64,000 bases of DNA from the NCBI GenBank assembly GCA_030141605.1, contig JAQGDQ010000259.1, forward strand, positions 257,359-321,358, read 5' to 3'. Below are positions 1 through 13,345 of the stretch, in pieces. Both the position numbers and the translations under genes were made by a program. The notes under the pieces were generated by a model that worked only from the letters and a program-made list of their open reading frames with translations, was not told the origin of the DNA and did no database searches. This DNA is from Tubiluchus corallicola (Eukaryota > Animalia > Priapulida). Each line of letters opens with the position of its first letter. Positions within the stretch are counted from its first letter, which is position 1.

Positions 1-371
1 CATAAAGGTACATGTAGGATGTGTAGGATACAAGAACTACTGTATTATGCTTCTTTAACCTAGCATTTAATGTTAGTGTTTATTAGGATTTGAAAGTGGA
101 TTACTTGTGACGAGCTTCAGTGATATGATTGCAGTGACGATAAAATTGGCTGTCGTGTGTAATTATTGTCTTAATTGCTATACATACAGGTTAACAGCTT
201 ATAGAGATTAACAGTGTTGAAATATATTTCAGTGGTTTTTTGCACCTTGTTGCTACACAGTACACATCAGAAGCAAACTGATTTTTGTTGAGAAATTCGG
301 GTTTATGCATGGTGGTTGGTCAAATAAGTGAAGTTTTATGACTAGTTATATTAAATGGTTTTTTATTGCAG

Positions 372-3300
372 TGTATCTTAGCTGGAGCATTGAGAATAGC
401 TGACAAAGTGGAAAGCAATAAAACTTCTGTTGTTGTACACTGTAGTGACGGTTGGGATAGAACAGCACAGGTATAAATAGATCTTATACATTGTTATCAA
501 AAGAAAACTGTTATTTTTCTAAGCGCAGTCATTACAAGCCATGAAGCTGCTCTTAACTGGCATTGATAAATACAGTCAAAACTCTTTATATCGCCTACTT
601 TTCGACTGCAAAAAAAGTTGGCCTTATATTGAGTTTGGCATTATAACAGCATGCTTTAAATACATACATGTCTGTGCAAATATAGGTTTTTTGTTTTGCT
701 AAACATTTGGGCATTATAGCGAGTTTGGCATTATCCAGGAGGGCATTATAACGAGGTTTGACTGTACACTCATATCTTGCCGGACCTTACTTTTACGGAT
801 ATCGGAAGAAGCAGGCAAAATCTGGAATGTTAAAAAGTCCCGCATACTACGGACACAGTCCGTTGTTTCGTGAGTTGACCTCTAGTTGGCGGGCCGTCAG
901 TTTGTTTACATCATTACATCAGTGTAACCGAACAGAGTGTAATGACTATACTTAAGGTGATTGTTTCATATTACTTTGCTCACAAAAGCAAAGTAAGACG
1001 ACATAAAAACAGTAAAGGGTCATTGGTCACACAAAAGTGTCTTATTTAAGACTGTGCAGAAAAAATATAGAGTCAATTATGCAGAGTTATTTGAGTCAAT
1101 TGCCGACAGTTTTTATATAACTTTTGCACAGGAGCGGCCTGTACTAGACGTTTTTGAGACAATTATGCGATTGATTCTACATTACCGTGAGTCTTATACA
1201 CGGTGGCTACTGTATTAGCTTAGTATCTGTAAATGCGGACAATCTGCAAATTCTGACTGACGTCTCCCTGCTTTTGTCTGACAAACCGAGATATGAGTGT
1301 AGTTAGAACTCCATTGTAAGATGGCTGTTCACTGCTGTTTCATTTTATTTCAAAATTAAATCTTTCCGTCCAACTATTAATTTTTTTAATTTAGCATTAC
1401 ATAATTTTGCTACAGCAGATAATTTTTATGTTATTACAATTTAGTAAAATTTGGAAAAATGTGGGTGTATGCAAAAAATGAAAAATCAGTTTTTTTAAAT
1501 GTAAAATGCCAATACATATGCATCTGCAGTGTACATGTGTAACTAAAAAGTATATATATGTATATGTTAGTATGTCAAAACTAATACTATATTTGCTGGA
1601 ATATACAGCCATAGATGACAAAATATAATATATTAGTACGTACTGTACATATTATGACATGAGAGAAATTTAACATGTTTTCGTTGATCAGGAATGAAGC
1701 TCAAATGCTACCGTTGTTTTGTTATTCATTGGTAAAATTCTCAGCTGGCAGGATTCAGCCAGAATAAAATATCAGAAAATTTTGATATAATCTAGGAAAT
1801 TTTCGATGCAATATAGTGGTGCTCAAGTATGGAACAGCATTCCTGATGAAATAAGAAATGCCCCATCCCTAATTATATTTAAATCTAGATATAAAAAAAT
1901 CATTATTAATTAAACTATTTGAGTAGGCTCTAAAACATATGTAAATAACATATCAAATTCTAATGATTTTCAACATAAAACAATGCAAATACTCAAAATG
2001 CATTATTAGATCATGGTTTACCGTATTTTCCCATGTATAAGAGACCCTTGTGTATAAGAGACCCCTTCAATTTTTAGGCAAAAATTCTGGAAAAAAAGTT
2101 TTTTGGTAATGAATAACTTTATTCATCATAGAAATCATTAAATTCCTCATCACTCTCATCAAAAATATCAACTGGAGTTAGACCTTCAGCAATTCCAGCC
2201 AGTTCATCATCAGAGGAGTCACTCTGCTCAAAAATGGCATTGTCCTCTGTGCCGTCCATGGCATTGAAGATGCCACACTTCTTGAAAGATTTAATAATGA
2301 CCTCTGGCTTTACACCATTCCATGCCTTGAGGACCCAGGACCCGTCGACGGGCATGCAGAGAGCTTATGCAGATGCGTTGATTGGCTGCAGAACAATCGA
2401 TTTCTCTCCAATACCAAAGAGACATTTAAAAAAATAATAACTTACCCGGTACATTAATTTTATCATTAGAATTTAGCCATGGAGAAGATTTATTGAAAGG
2501 AAACTATAATTATTCGAAATAAAACAGTTGTAGAGCACTTATTTCTTTAAAATCATTAGTGTCACAATTTATGCATCTTATTGAAAAGACTTACTCCCAT
2601 GTATAAGAAACCCCCTATTTTTAAAGTGAAAATTCTGAGCAAAAAAGGGTCTCTTATACATGGGAAAATACGGTAATCAATAAGCTATATACTGCAGTGA
2701 ATTGTTGTTTAGACATAATAAATTTGATTTGATTTGTTGTTAATGTTTATAGTTGACTGCTCTTGCTATGATCATGTTAGATCCTTACTACAGGACTGTT
2801 AGAGGATTTGAGGTGCTTATTGAAAAGGAATGGCTTAGCTTTGGACACAAATTCTCTCAGGTAAGGCTACTTGTAAACTTCTTTTGTGGGATGAGTTTGT
2901 TTTTAAGTTGTTTACAAAAGATCAATATCAACTGGTTAATTGAATTATAGCCCGTGTTAGTCATTGTTATGAAGTTGTTGCTTATGCAAAGTACACTAAT
3001 TGCTTTTGCTGTTCGTGTGTATTAAACTCTTTGCTGCCGTCGAATTTGTATTCCAGCTGGCGCACAAGAATATTTTAAGAAAATGAGAAATTACTACTGT
3101 CACTGCTATGTTATTACTAATACAGCTGTTACTATAACACATTCATTCCTACAACTATCACCACTGCAGTTGCTGCCATCATATCTACTGTGCCCCCTCC
3201 TACGACCGCTGCTAGTTCTGCCATCGCTATCACAAACTAATACTTTTTTTGTAAAATATATAAGCACAACAGCTCATATTTAAATTGTGTAATTCGACCC

Positions 3301-6300
3301 AATAGCCATTCTAGTGTAGAAAAAATAAAGGCAGCTATATAGATAGCCTATAGCTACAGTTTTTAGCTTGCATGTACATAGTTTATCAACCATACAGTGT
3401 TGAACCACTTATATCTAATTACATGTATGGGTTGACTTCACCTACCATCATCTGATAACTCAACACCAAATCTAGCAAGGTAGTTTCTAATTTGTTCTAC
3501 ACTGTACCTTTTCTATACCATTTGAACTGACAAAAATCGGTAAAAAGCAGTAAACGCTGCACAGGTGGCAATATTCACAATGTAGGCAGATAATGTCATT
3601 CAGCAATAACAGCAAACTTTTTTGTGAGTTTTGTACGTTTTTTGACCATAGGTTTTTAGATACACTGCTTTTTGTTTTCAAAGCTTCAATCCACAATTGC
3701 ACATGGCATGTCTAAGTATTATTGCTACTGGTGTAGGTGTCAGTTAATTTGCATATCAAGTATGACGGTAAAATCTCGTCATACAGGCCACTAGGAATGG
3801 CATTTTCATTTTGAGAGATTCTCTTCATACAGGCTGTGACATGGTTAATAATAGTGATCTATGAACTTACTCAAACTGCCTATGTAGATTAAGGCAAATA
3901 GCTATAGAAGTTCATAAATATATAAGCTATAGAAGCTGAACAATCTTTTTCAAATATCAGAAAGATCTGATAACCTAGAACTTGTATATTTTATTGTAAA
4001 AACTTAATTGCAAATACCTTTAATAATTTTAAACCTCGTACATTTTGTAAATTTAATTTTATCTTGCATATGAAATTTCTTATAATTATAGCAGTGCAAA
4101 AATAGGTACTTTAATCAAGTAAATATGTTTCACTTAAGATTGTTGTACTTTTAGTCAATTTGTATCAGTAATTATGTGTCTTATTATTTATGCAGTTTGT
4201 AATCGTATTTTATTATGTATTTTTAATTATCTAAATGTGTTTTCTTTCACTTAAGTTACTAGTTTTTTCCTAGCTTTTAGCTACTTCTCTCTCTTAATCT
4301 TGTAAATGAACTGCTTTTGTACGCTTCTATTTTAATAAAGTATTCTTTAGGCTACAGAGACTTAACATATTTTAATTAGGTTATGCTTTTATTCAGGATA
4401 ATAGGGTTTTGTATTCATGTTGGAAAATACTCTTACAGACTAATGTTCTTTGTATTGCAAACCGACGTTAAATAAAGTAAACTGTAACTGTTTGTAGCGT
4501 CTTGGGTTAGGCGATGACAGGCATTCAGATCCAGACAGATCTCCGGTTTTTCTGCAGTTTGTTGATTGTGTCTGGCAGTTAACTCAGCAGGTAATTATAT
4601 TAATGATGTTTGTGATTTAATGAGTGCTTGCTTCAAAATGTGTAAGCAGATCTAATAAAAATTAATTATTATCATTAATATAATTTTATTTTCAATATAT
4701 TATGCATTAATAGTTCGCAGAACAGCATTAAAATTAGTGAAGCGAGTTAGCAACTTTAGCTTACACACAACCATATAGGCAAAAGGTAATTTAAAAAGTG
4801 TACACATTATTAAATTTAATTTTTATTTAAATATACATGATTTAAGAGTACAGCTCAAACTAATCTTTTAGCTTAATAGAAGTTTATGAAGTTTAATAGT
4901 TTGTCAAGATGATAAATTCCTAAGTTTCCAAATATTTTAAAAGAACATGAAGCAATAGTAAAAGAGAAAAGTATTTCTTTTCTCTTGAAAATAATTAGAA
5001 TTGGTGCATTTAGCCAAAATGTGGAAATTAAGTTGGTATTGTTGCCATTAACTTAGATTCTTTCTTGCAGTTTCCAAATGCCTTTGAATTCACTGAGAAT
5101 TTTCTCATAACAATAATGGACCACGTGTACAGCTGTTTATTTGGAACATTCCTGTATAACTCCGAACAGCAGAGAGTAAAGGAAGTATGACATTTAACTA
5201 CTGAAATAATTACTGTATTTTACTTTAACATGTAATAAACCTTGCTTAACCAGGGTTAGCAGGGAGCCAAGAAGTTTTAACAGTTGAACAGTAATGTGAT
5301 TTCAGTGCACTAAACCTCGGGTATGCCTCCAGGATGCACTGTTTGTCAAACTAATGAGCATTTTTTTCGTTAACTCATCAGTTCAGTTCAAATTTTTACT
5401 AATAAAGCAATGTGTAATAGTAACACATACATAAAATAGGTAGTGCTTGTTGTAGTGCACGCTTCGTTGCAACAATGCTGATCACTTACTTTATTTATAT
5501 GTTACAATTAGAATTAAAGTTGCAGTTCTAAACTATTCTCAACTTGGTAAATAGCAGTGAGTACTAATATCACTATCTGCAAAATCACAATATGATCAAA
5601 ACATTTGTGACAAACATTTAAAGACTTGTGGCTGTGTCCAAGGCAAAGAGGCAAGTGTAATGGGTTTTTGAAAACAAAGTTAAGGGAATTGAACTACCTT
5701 GTGCATTAAGAAAAGGCTCGTTTCATGGATTTTTGTATTAAACCGACTTATGACAGTCGGGTTTATAAGTACAGAGTTTTGTGATTTCTTTGAACAAAAC
5801 ATTTAGGAACAAATATGTTCCAAGTGCTTGTCTGCATTTAGAAATATTCAGAGTTTACACACCAACCTCTCTCAAACGGGTCTCTTGAAATCTAACACAA
5901 GCTTTAAATTTCAGAGGAATTCGCTAGTGAATGGATAAACTCTCATCTAAAATGCTATTCACAGTGTTTTTGTTTCAGAATGTGAAAAGCAAGACCAAAT
6001 CACTGTGGTCTTACATTAATAGTCGCATTGATGATTATGTAAATCCACTATATGCTAGTTATTTACACCAGCATGTGCTGTACCCTGTGTGTAGTCTCCG
6101 TCACATACAACTGTGGACCATGTACTATATACGCTGGAATCCATGTATGAGACCTCAGGTATTTAGAGCCACTTTTGCTATATACACTGTTGTAGTATAC
6201 TCTCTTACAAGCATGGATTTTACTTGCAATAGTGAGCAACTGAAATTTTTATTTCTTGGCCTACTCATCCAAGTTACAGTTACGACCATTTCACCCAATA

Positions 6301-6778
6301 GATGACACATTTGTTTAAAAAATGCACACAGATCATTGTTTTTAAATATAAAAGATTGCATTATGCTAAAAAGGTTGGCTAAAGCTTACAATTCCTCACA
6401 AACAAGAAATTAGTTCATGAAGCAGTTAAGATTTAGGGTATTTAAATTGTAAACTACTTCCAAAAGGTTAATGGCATTGAGGAAATGGGTCTGTTTTGTA
6501 GTTAATAGACAATGGCAGCAATCTTATGCAAACAGTAACACTCATTAGCTACGCATTGGAACTTTCGGTGAATGTGTATACATTGTATTGAGTCTGTTGA
6601 CTGTAATCTTGTCTTTACATTTATTTTCTAGGAACCAATTCACTTGCGGAATAGAGAGTTACTGTACTTCAAGCAGCAATTACAGAAACGAGTGGAGGAA
6701 CTACAGAAAGAGCTGGATAATAGAAACGCTCATGGCATGCAGACACCTCCGAGAGTAGCTTCTCCGACACACGCATAA
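372..6778 (+). CDS. MTMR2: Myotubularin-related phosphoinositide 3-phosphatase (MTM1/MTMR1/MTMR2 class), last six coding exons; 5' part lies upstream of the window
   Basis: Exons 372-470, 2753-2860, 4498-4590, 5071-5184, 5979-6158, 6632-6778 (TAA); all GT-AG, phase 0. The spliced 246 aa contain the intact catalytic loop [12 protein letters not shown], plus [58 protein letters not shown] and a C-terminal coiled coil. The paralog name is approximate. Confidence 0.95.
571..766. mobile_element. Tc1/mariner-pogo (Tigger-like) MITE, family A
   Basis: TA-CAGTCAAAACTC...GAGGTTTGACTG-TA terminal inverted repeats with TA duplication; three more copies in the window. Confidence 0.8.
765..1301. mobile_element. 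Non-autonomous TA-target DNA transposon (MITE family B)
   Basis: TA-CACTCATATCT at 765 and AGATATGAGTG-TA ending at 1301 are inverted termini flanked by TA. Confidence 0.7.
1760..1915 (+). mobile_element. CR1/L2-type LINE ORF2 C-terminal relic
   Basis: Translates [35 protein letters not shown], the typical 'WN.LP..IR....F' end of CR1/L2 ORF2. Confidence 0.65.
2019..2675 (-). mobile_element. Internally deleted pogo/Tigger DNA transposon retaining the transposase C-terminus
   Basis: Perfect ~29-bp TIRs CCGTATTTTCCCATGTATAAGAGACCCTT with TA duplications. ORF 2119-2355 (-) reads [32 protein letters not shown] plus an acidic tail, typical of pogo-family C-termini. Confidence 0.9.
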
Positions 6779-7059
6779 CTACAATCACTACAGACAGTTG
6801 TTTATTCATTTATTGTGAGTTATAGCAAGACCTCGCTTAGCAGCTGTGCTATCAGCAATGTTCATTCTAGCGATAGTGAACTTTTACCACCCTTCTTTCC
6901 ACTTCAAAGAGCTGGATAATAGAAATGCTCAGATAGCTACAATCACTACAGACAGTTGTTTATTTGTTTATTGTGAGTTGCAGCAAATCCTCTCTTAGCA
7001 GCTATGCTATTAGTGTTCGTTCTACCTATGGTGAATTTTTACCACCCTTCTTTCCACTT
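6707..7059 (+). repeat. Diverged tandem duplication covering the end of the MTMR CDS and the start of its 3' UTR
   Basis: 6707-6904 and 6906-7059 both run AAAGAGCTGGATAATAGAAA...ACCACCCTTCTTTCCACTT; the second copy lacks ~45 nt. Confidence 0.85.
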
Positions 7060-7279
7060 ATTGACAAATGATTCTTTGTAATAATGAATTTTTGCCTTGC
7101 ATTAAGGACTGAAATTTTGTTTCTTGTGTTAACAATTTATAAAAATGATACTATTAACTAAATTTGAAGGTATGTTAATGCATCCTACTGATACATAAAA
7201 TGGTATACATCTACATAACATCATTTATTACTTACTGTTGCATAGAGTTCCATGCAGCTGTCTGATAAGATTCCACTAT

Positions 7280-7691
7280 CAGGGTTCCCACGGTCAGGGA
7301 AAATCCTTGAAAATATAGGCTATCCTGGAAAGTCATGGAAAAGTCAGAGAAAAGGTAATTTGCTAAAAGTCAGGGAAAATGATGAAAATAGGGCGAAAAG
7401 ACAGGGAAATTGAAAAGGGTTGCAAAAATAATCGCCGTGAACCGAAATTTTCCAAACATATTTTTCAGCGGTTTATGTTCAAATAAAATTTTGTTATTGC
7501 AGGTTCCCACTTTCGATTTCTGTTCCAAAAATAATGATTGGCCGACACATTATATATCAGTATATGCATGAATGTCCATACACAAAAATGTTTGAACATG
7601 TATACTGGTAATGCAATTTCTGCTTATCTTGGTCAGGGAACAGTTATGGAAAAGTTGGGGAAATTTATTTTAAAATTCTGTGGGAACTCTG
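7280..7691. mobile_element. Non-autonomous DNA transposon (MITE) in the probable MTMR 3' UTR
   Basis: TIRs CAGGGTTCCCAC / GTGGGAACTCTG; repeated subterminal GTCAGGGAAA/GTCATGGAAA motifs. Confidence 0.75.
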
Positions 7692-9063
7692 ACTGTGCAA
7701 TATACAGTTTACATGTAAGATTTGTAGCTTCATTCAGCAATTTCCCTATTTATATTTGTTGCTGTTAGAATGATACTGTATTTTTCTCAGTGATTAAAAT
7801 AGCTAGTGAAAAACAAGGTTGAAAATCCAAACATTAGAAATGAAAGTGCAAAGAACAGTTATTGCAATAGAACAATTTTAGATGTAAGCGAGGGTATGGT
7901 AGAAATAATCAGCAAACTTGTCACAGTGGACTGTGCACCTCACTTGCTACATTGCTATAGCATCATTAAACGAGGGCTTGTGTGCAAGAAACTATAACAT
8001 GCTTATTTGTTGTTGACAACCTAATGTGTATAATATATAATGGCAAAAATTCAGAAATTATATATACAATTTTGCATTTTACATGCAGATGTTAACGTAC
8101 TCTTTTAGCAATCTTCTAGGTTTGTAGAGCATGTTTTGTTTCTGATTGTTACTGATAGTTAAATTAGCCTTAATTTATTCATTATAAAACAACTATGCCT
8201 TATAGATAACCAAATTGACCATTAACCCAGTGTATATAATTATTGACCAGTATGTATTTGTTATTCACCTATCTGAAAATTGATGTGTGCAGCAACATAC
8301 TGTTGTATTTATTTAATTTAACTTGCGATGGCTTGGAGGAAGAAATTTGTACAACACATTATGAACTTATATTTTGTGTTTCAGTTAAAAAATGGTTGAG
8401 ATTAAACGTTAAAGGAAATGTCCAGTCTTAAGGGAAGTTAGGCTTATTTCTATGTTTGCCAAAAATATTAGGTGGATTTAGTAAAAAGTGTGATAAGCGC
8501 CTCATGTAAATAGCAAAATCACTTTACAGTAGCGATCATTCCATGCTTGGGCACTCCAATTTTGAATGGCCATTCTTCCATTATGATCAGCTGAAGAAAA
8601 GCAGTGCACTGTCAATTTCTGTCAAAAGTATAATAGGTTTTTACAAAAAAAGAGATTTAGAAAAAACTTTTACAATGCTACATGATAACAGTAAAATAAA
8701 TCGAACACACTAAGTGATCTGTCTTTTCCCTTAAAAATGCTGTGTGTGGTTGCATCACGCTGTGAAGGAATAATCACCCAGTTGTTCACAAATTGTAAAT
8801 AACAGCATTTGTAGATGTGAAGAGCCACCCAGTTTAGAAAACAACAGCAGTACTGAGTATTTTATTATGTAAAGGAAAAACTTCTATAGATACAGTTTAC
8901 AAAATGAAGCATCATACAGATTTTTTTTTAAAAAACGGTCTATAATTTGTATAACGTCCAACACAATCACAACAATGACACGTATTCTGTAAAAGTTCAA
9001 ATAATTTAAAGCAGTTTATTAAAGCTTTCACACGCTGAATGCGACAGTTGGAAGAAAGATATT

Positions 9064-12000
9064 CTAATCTTTTTTCTGAACAGAAAAGCGTAGGGATTTG
9101 CCACGATATGTCTCACCTGTTATTTTACCTGTCCCATCCAATAACTCCTGAATTTCTGACAAGATATTTTTCTGCAAGAGAAAAATATTACTGAATTGTA
9201 TGCACAAAGTTTTCATGGCATCTGTCATTTGGAAGGTCTAAAACCCTGCTTGGACTATGTAGAATATACGAGACATGTCCTTTTTCTTTTCAAGGTTTTA
9301 ATGAGTTGCCTGCTTGTACTCCTGTTTATACTATATGAGGATTTGTGGACTTATTTTTCATTAAAAACACACTACCAGGGCACCCACATCCAATGAAAAA
9401 TGCATGGTGAAGGCTGTGCCGTATTATCAGAATGTACAGGTCTCAAAAAATCTGTTTGGATCAGGTTTGTCCCTGGACAACTAGCAGTAACTGACTGATT
9501 GCCAACACAGTGATACCAACCAAATGAAAGCAACCTGTAAGGAGAATCATGATTGGGTGGGCATCTGCTGAACACCAGCTTTAGAAACTAGAACCTTCCC
9601 ATTTCCAATTGTAGAAAAAAAAACTAGTTCAACATCCAAGTTCCGAACTAATTATCATAGCACACCTACATCAAAAATACTAAAGGGGGGACCACAACTA
9701 TCTATAAGTTGATGACTTCATATAGTGATTCTCCAATATACCTTATCTATCAAAGCACTTCTTTTGGCCAGTGTTGCTAAACTATTGAAATTAGAATGTG
9801 TGCTTATAATTTTACTAACTAGAGGTTTTCCAATTTCCGAGAAATTACTACATGTACTAGTAGATGATTAAACAGCCAAAGTGACAATAATTTAAAATAT
9901 AATTTGATATAAAGGAATGTGTAATAAAATATAAATATAATATAAAGGAATGCATAACAGCTGTTTTATATAGGCAGCTACTGGAAAACAACCGAGCAAG
10001 CTAGACAATATAAACTTATACAGTATCCCAAAGCAGCAAACTTGCTGCTAGACAAAAGTCAATAAAATCTTAGCTGCATGCAAACAGTTAGTTTCACTTA
10101 AACTGGGAGAATGTACATATAAATGCATGCTGTATTGTATAAGATTAATTGAGCTCGCAATATTTATCAGGTAACACTTGCATCTGCTTAGAAAAAACAG
10201 CATATCGTGTATAAAGGTATATCATGCGACCATACTTGAATGTAGGTAGTCCGATCGACTACTGACAAAGTATATTTCAGTTCTCTAATGCAAAAAATGG
10301 TTGTCCTGGGCGTCTGCTCTCCGTAAACCAATTTTTCGAGCCCTGGTGTAGCAAAAGGATTGAGAATGTGTATACATTATGTTTATATTACAAAATTAAT
10401 CTGGGTCCTGAACATGCACATCATCAGAGACAATACGAGCGGTAGTCTGCATATAAATTCAGTACACGCAGTCGTCTATGCAGCGTGACCATTTACATCA
10501 GATCCGGATCTTAAAATCCCAGGACGGGTAGAGGATTTAAGTCACTGTGGATTATGGCTGCAAGAAGAGCCATTTGATTTATGTATCAGTTTGATGATAT
10601 TCTTAGAATGAGAATCATTAAAAGATGAGAAGCAAAATGCTGACAAAGAGACAGCTGATATGTCATATACAGCCAAACCTCATTATAATTCCCCACCTTT
10701 AGAATGCCTAACTCTCATAATGCCAAGATTTTTGGCAAAACGAACTGTCTCTTTTTGCATAAACATATAAGCACCTCGTATAATGCCAAGTTCGCTTAAT
10801 GCCGAGGTTTTTGCAGTCCCAAAGTGGGTGGTATAAAGAGGTTTGACTGTATTTAAGGGAAAGGAATTATGCTGTTAACATATAATAGATTATCACTAGT
10901 CAAATTGTATTCGTAACTGTAGTTAAAATTACGATTTAAAAACAGAAACGTACCAACAAGGATTCATTTTCTTCATCTGATTTCACATGAACTTCAACAT
11001 GATGTCCTTTCTCAAGCCATTTTGTTATTTTCTTTATCTGTGTCTCCATGTCATGTTTGCTTATTTTGCTAGAAAGTTGCAAAGTTTTATCTTTTTTATG
11101 GTCTTTCTTTACTTGCTGCCGTTTTAGCTGTTCTTTATGTAACTCTTTGCCTGTCATGAGCTTGTAAATAGGATATGGCTGAGCATCAGACTGAATTAGC
11201 ACTAATTTCATTGTTTCACTGTCTGCTTTTTCTCTTGCAGACGACTTATCCATTACACCTAGCACTTTATCATCTGAATCTAATAAAGTGATTTTTCCAC
11301 TGTTCACAGCAAGATGTTCAGTAACTTTGTGTGCTTTTCCTGAATATAAACTATAATTTAAGACTATGCTCTTGCGTGGAAATATCTTGAAGTGTGTCGT
11401 TGAGCTAATGGTTGAAAAGTGAGTAGGCCTGGGCTTGAAAGGAACTCTATGTATCTTTTTGGGGAGAAAACTATACATCTGCATACAGAATGCCTTTCTA
11501 AAAAATAAAAAAAAAACATTTACATGTAATTAATTTTGTAGTCATGTTTCAAACTGAATTAAAATATAGAACTCTAATACTAATATAAAACCAATGACCA
11601 TGACACAAAAGTGGCAAATTTTTGTCGTAACTCCCTGTCAACTAGACAATAAAGTCTAAAGAATGTTATGTTATATCCCTTATTTGGAGGTGGAAAAAAT
11701 CAAGCTTTTAGTTTATTGAAGGACATAATGGTAAAAAGGAGTATCACAAAGGTTTAACTTAAAATAAAACATGCAGTAAAGCAATAGAAGAATAACATAA
11801 TGTTAAGCGTTGTGTAATGATTAAATAATCTGCTATTACTACTAATACTAGTCTAATGCGCCTGCAGCTTATAAATTAGATATAATAATATTATGTTTGT
11901 GTAAAAAATATATGTTTGCATATTAGCAAGTTTAAACTAGCAGCCTAGAAGTGCAACAATTCGTTGTCACTCGCCCTGATATAAAAAGGAGTTAGGCACC

Positions 12001-12139
12001 GGACGGCTAGATGGATGTATCACTGAGAACAGGTTTGATTATTAATGCCTCAAGCAACAAAACAATAATCCAAATGAAACGTATATTACTCTGTACACGA
12101 GGCGATGTGCTTCAAAGCGTTATAATACAAAACCTTCAT
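9064..12139 (-). CDS. MTIF3: Mitochondrial translation initiation factor IF-3 (233 aa, 3 coding exons)
   Basis: Exons 12139-12090 (ATG...GA|gtaata), 11497-10954, 9171-9064 (TAG); phases match. Basic, Ser/Thr-rich N-terminus; IF3-N motif ITLLDSDDKVLGVM...LVLI..AQPYPIYKLM; IF3-C motif LSSKISKHDMETQIKKITKWLEKGHHVEV. AATAAA (-) at 9015-9020. Confidence 0.9.
10668..10851. mobile_element. Tigger-like MITE family A copy (inverted relative to 571-766)
   Basis: TA-CAGCCAAACCTC...GAGGTTTGACTG-TA; internal TAATGCCAAG repeats are the reverse complement of those in 571-766. Confidence 0.75.
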
Positions 12140-12354
12140 CTTGTAAAACAGAAACCACAATAAATGTCACATTATGAAGTTACTAGAGGGAAGCGCTAAA
12201 AAGTAAAAAAACACTGATGCACACAGCTGCATTACATTCATTGCAGCCCTAGCGGGCACAAGTGCTAATGTACTTTGCTCCAGGCTCACTACATCGATAG
12301 ACCCATTGACAGAGGCAAACGAGGTCGCGCTATGGCGAACCAAGGGCCTAGACT

Positions 12355-13075
12355 AGGGTTATAAATATGGAAGTGGCATGTCTTTGCCAATCATGGCTGA
12401 TAGCACTCCTGCTCCACCAGATCTCTTGAATGTTGTTTGATGTAATTGTGCAAGACATCTTGTTCAACTGTCCTGCCGAGCACATGGTTTGTACTGTGTT
12501 ACAGCTTGTTACTATTGTCGCGGCAGCCTTGCCAAAACAAAGATTGAGGAACTGATCGATGCTGTGTCTGACACTGATGACATAGATGATGACGTATAGA
12601 ATATAAATGTATTTGTGCATGTTATGTGTTACGGACAACCGTAACCACAAATAAGCAATCATATACAGTTTTTTATCAGCTGGTAATACATTTGTGCCGA
12701 CTTAAATGCCATCTAGTAGAGTTATTTTGACTTTAATGATGTGTTGGCGGTCATTTTGAATGACCTTGACTTTGAGTGACATTAAGACACTATTTTTCTG
12801 ATCGATAAGCCATATATATGTTTATTTATATTAGCTGGTAATGCATTTATGCCATCTGATATGCCACCTAGTTGAGTTATTTCGACTTTACTGGTGCATT
12901 GGTGGCCATTTTGAATTGAAAGCCCCATAATTTCCCCCCCCCATGTTAATTTATGGGGAATTTTAATACATTGTGCTGTACGACTTTCTAGGTGTCTATG
13001 CAAAAATCAGCAACATAATTATTGTTTTTGTCGGGTCGAACGTCCCTTATTTTAACCAGAAAGCATTAGGGTCTC
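12355..13075 (+). mobile_element. Degenerate DNA-transposon relic encoding a tesmin/TSO1-like CXC C-terminus
   Basis: Frameshifted, stop-containing translation GYKYGSGMSLPIMADSTPAPPDLLNVV*CNC...SCRAHGLYCVTACYYCRG..CQN plus an acidic tail, then a non-coding end with GGCGGTCATTTTGAA/GGTGGCCATTTTGAA repeats. Superfamily not assigned. Confidence 0.55.
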
Positions 13076-13079
13076 CTTG

Positions 13080-13345
13080 CGCCATAGCCCCATACCAAAC
13101 AGTAAGGGATGTCATTAAAATACTTTCAATTACTGTTCGATATAAACTCTTATCATAGCAGGGGCAATGTTAAATTATTTAAGTTGTCTTAAAAAAGTTT
13201 ACACAACAGAGCCTCCCATTTAAGATTACCTGAATGTGTTATTTCCAGAAATTTGAAATCTTTAACAATTTCTATGGCTGCATTATTAATAAGTAAAGGT
13301 ACTTTTCCATCTGGATACTGGATACTGCAAAATCTACGATACTGT
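13080..13345 (-). mobile_element. Rex/Babar- or L2-type LINE reverse transcriptase relic
   Basis: Minus-strand pieces IVDF..LLINNAAIEIVKDFKFLEITHSGNLKWE..FLRQLK..YRTVIESILMTSLTVWYG match the post-RT thumb region of these LINEs. Confidence 0.7.

Noticed and set aside
1843-1858. Hammerhead ribozyme core CTGATGA...GAAA
   Set aside because: No stem II or flanking stems; it is simply the PDEIRN codons of a LINE relic.
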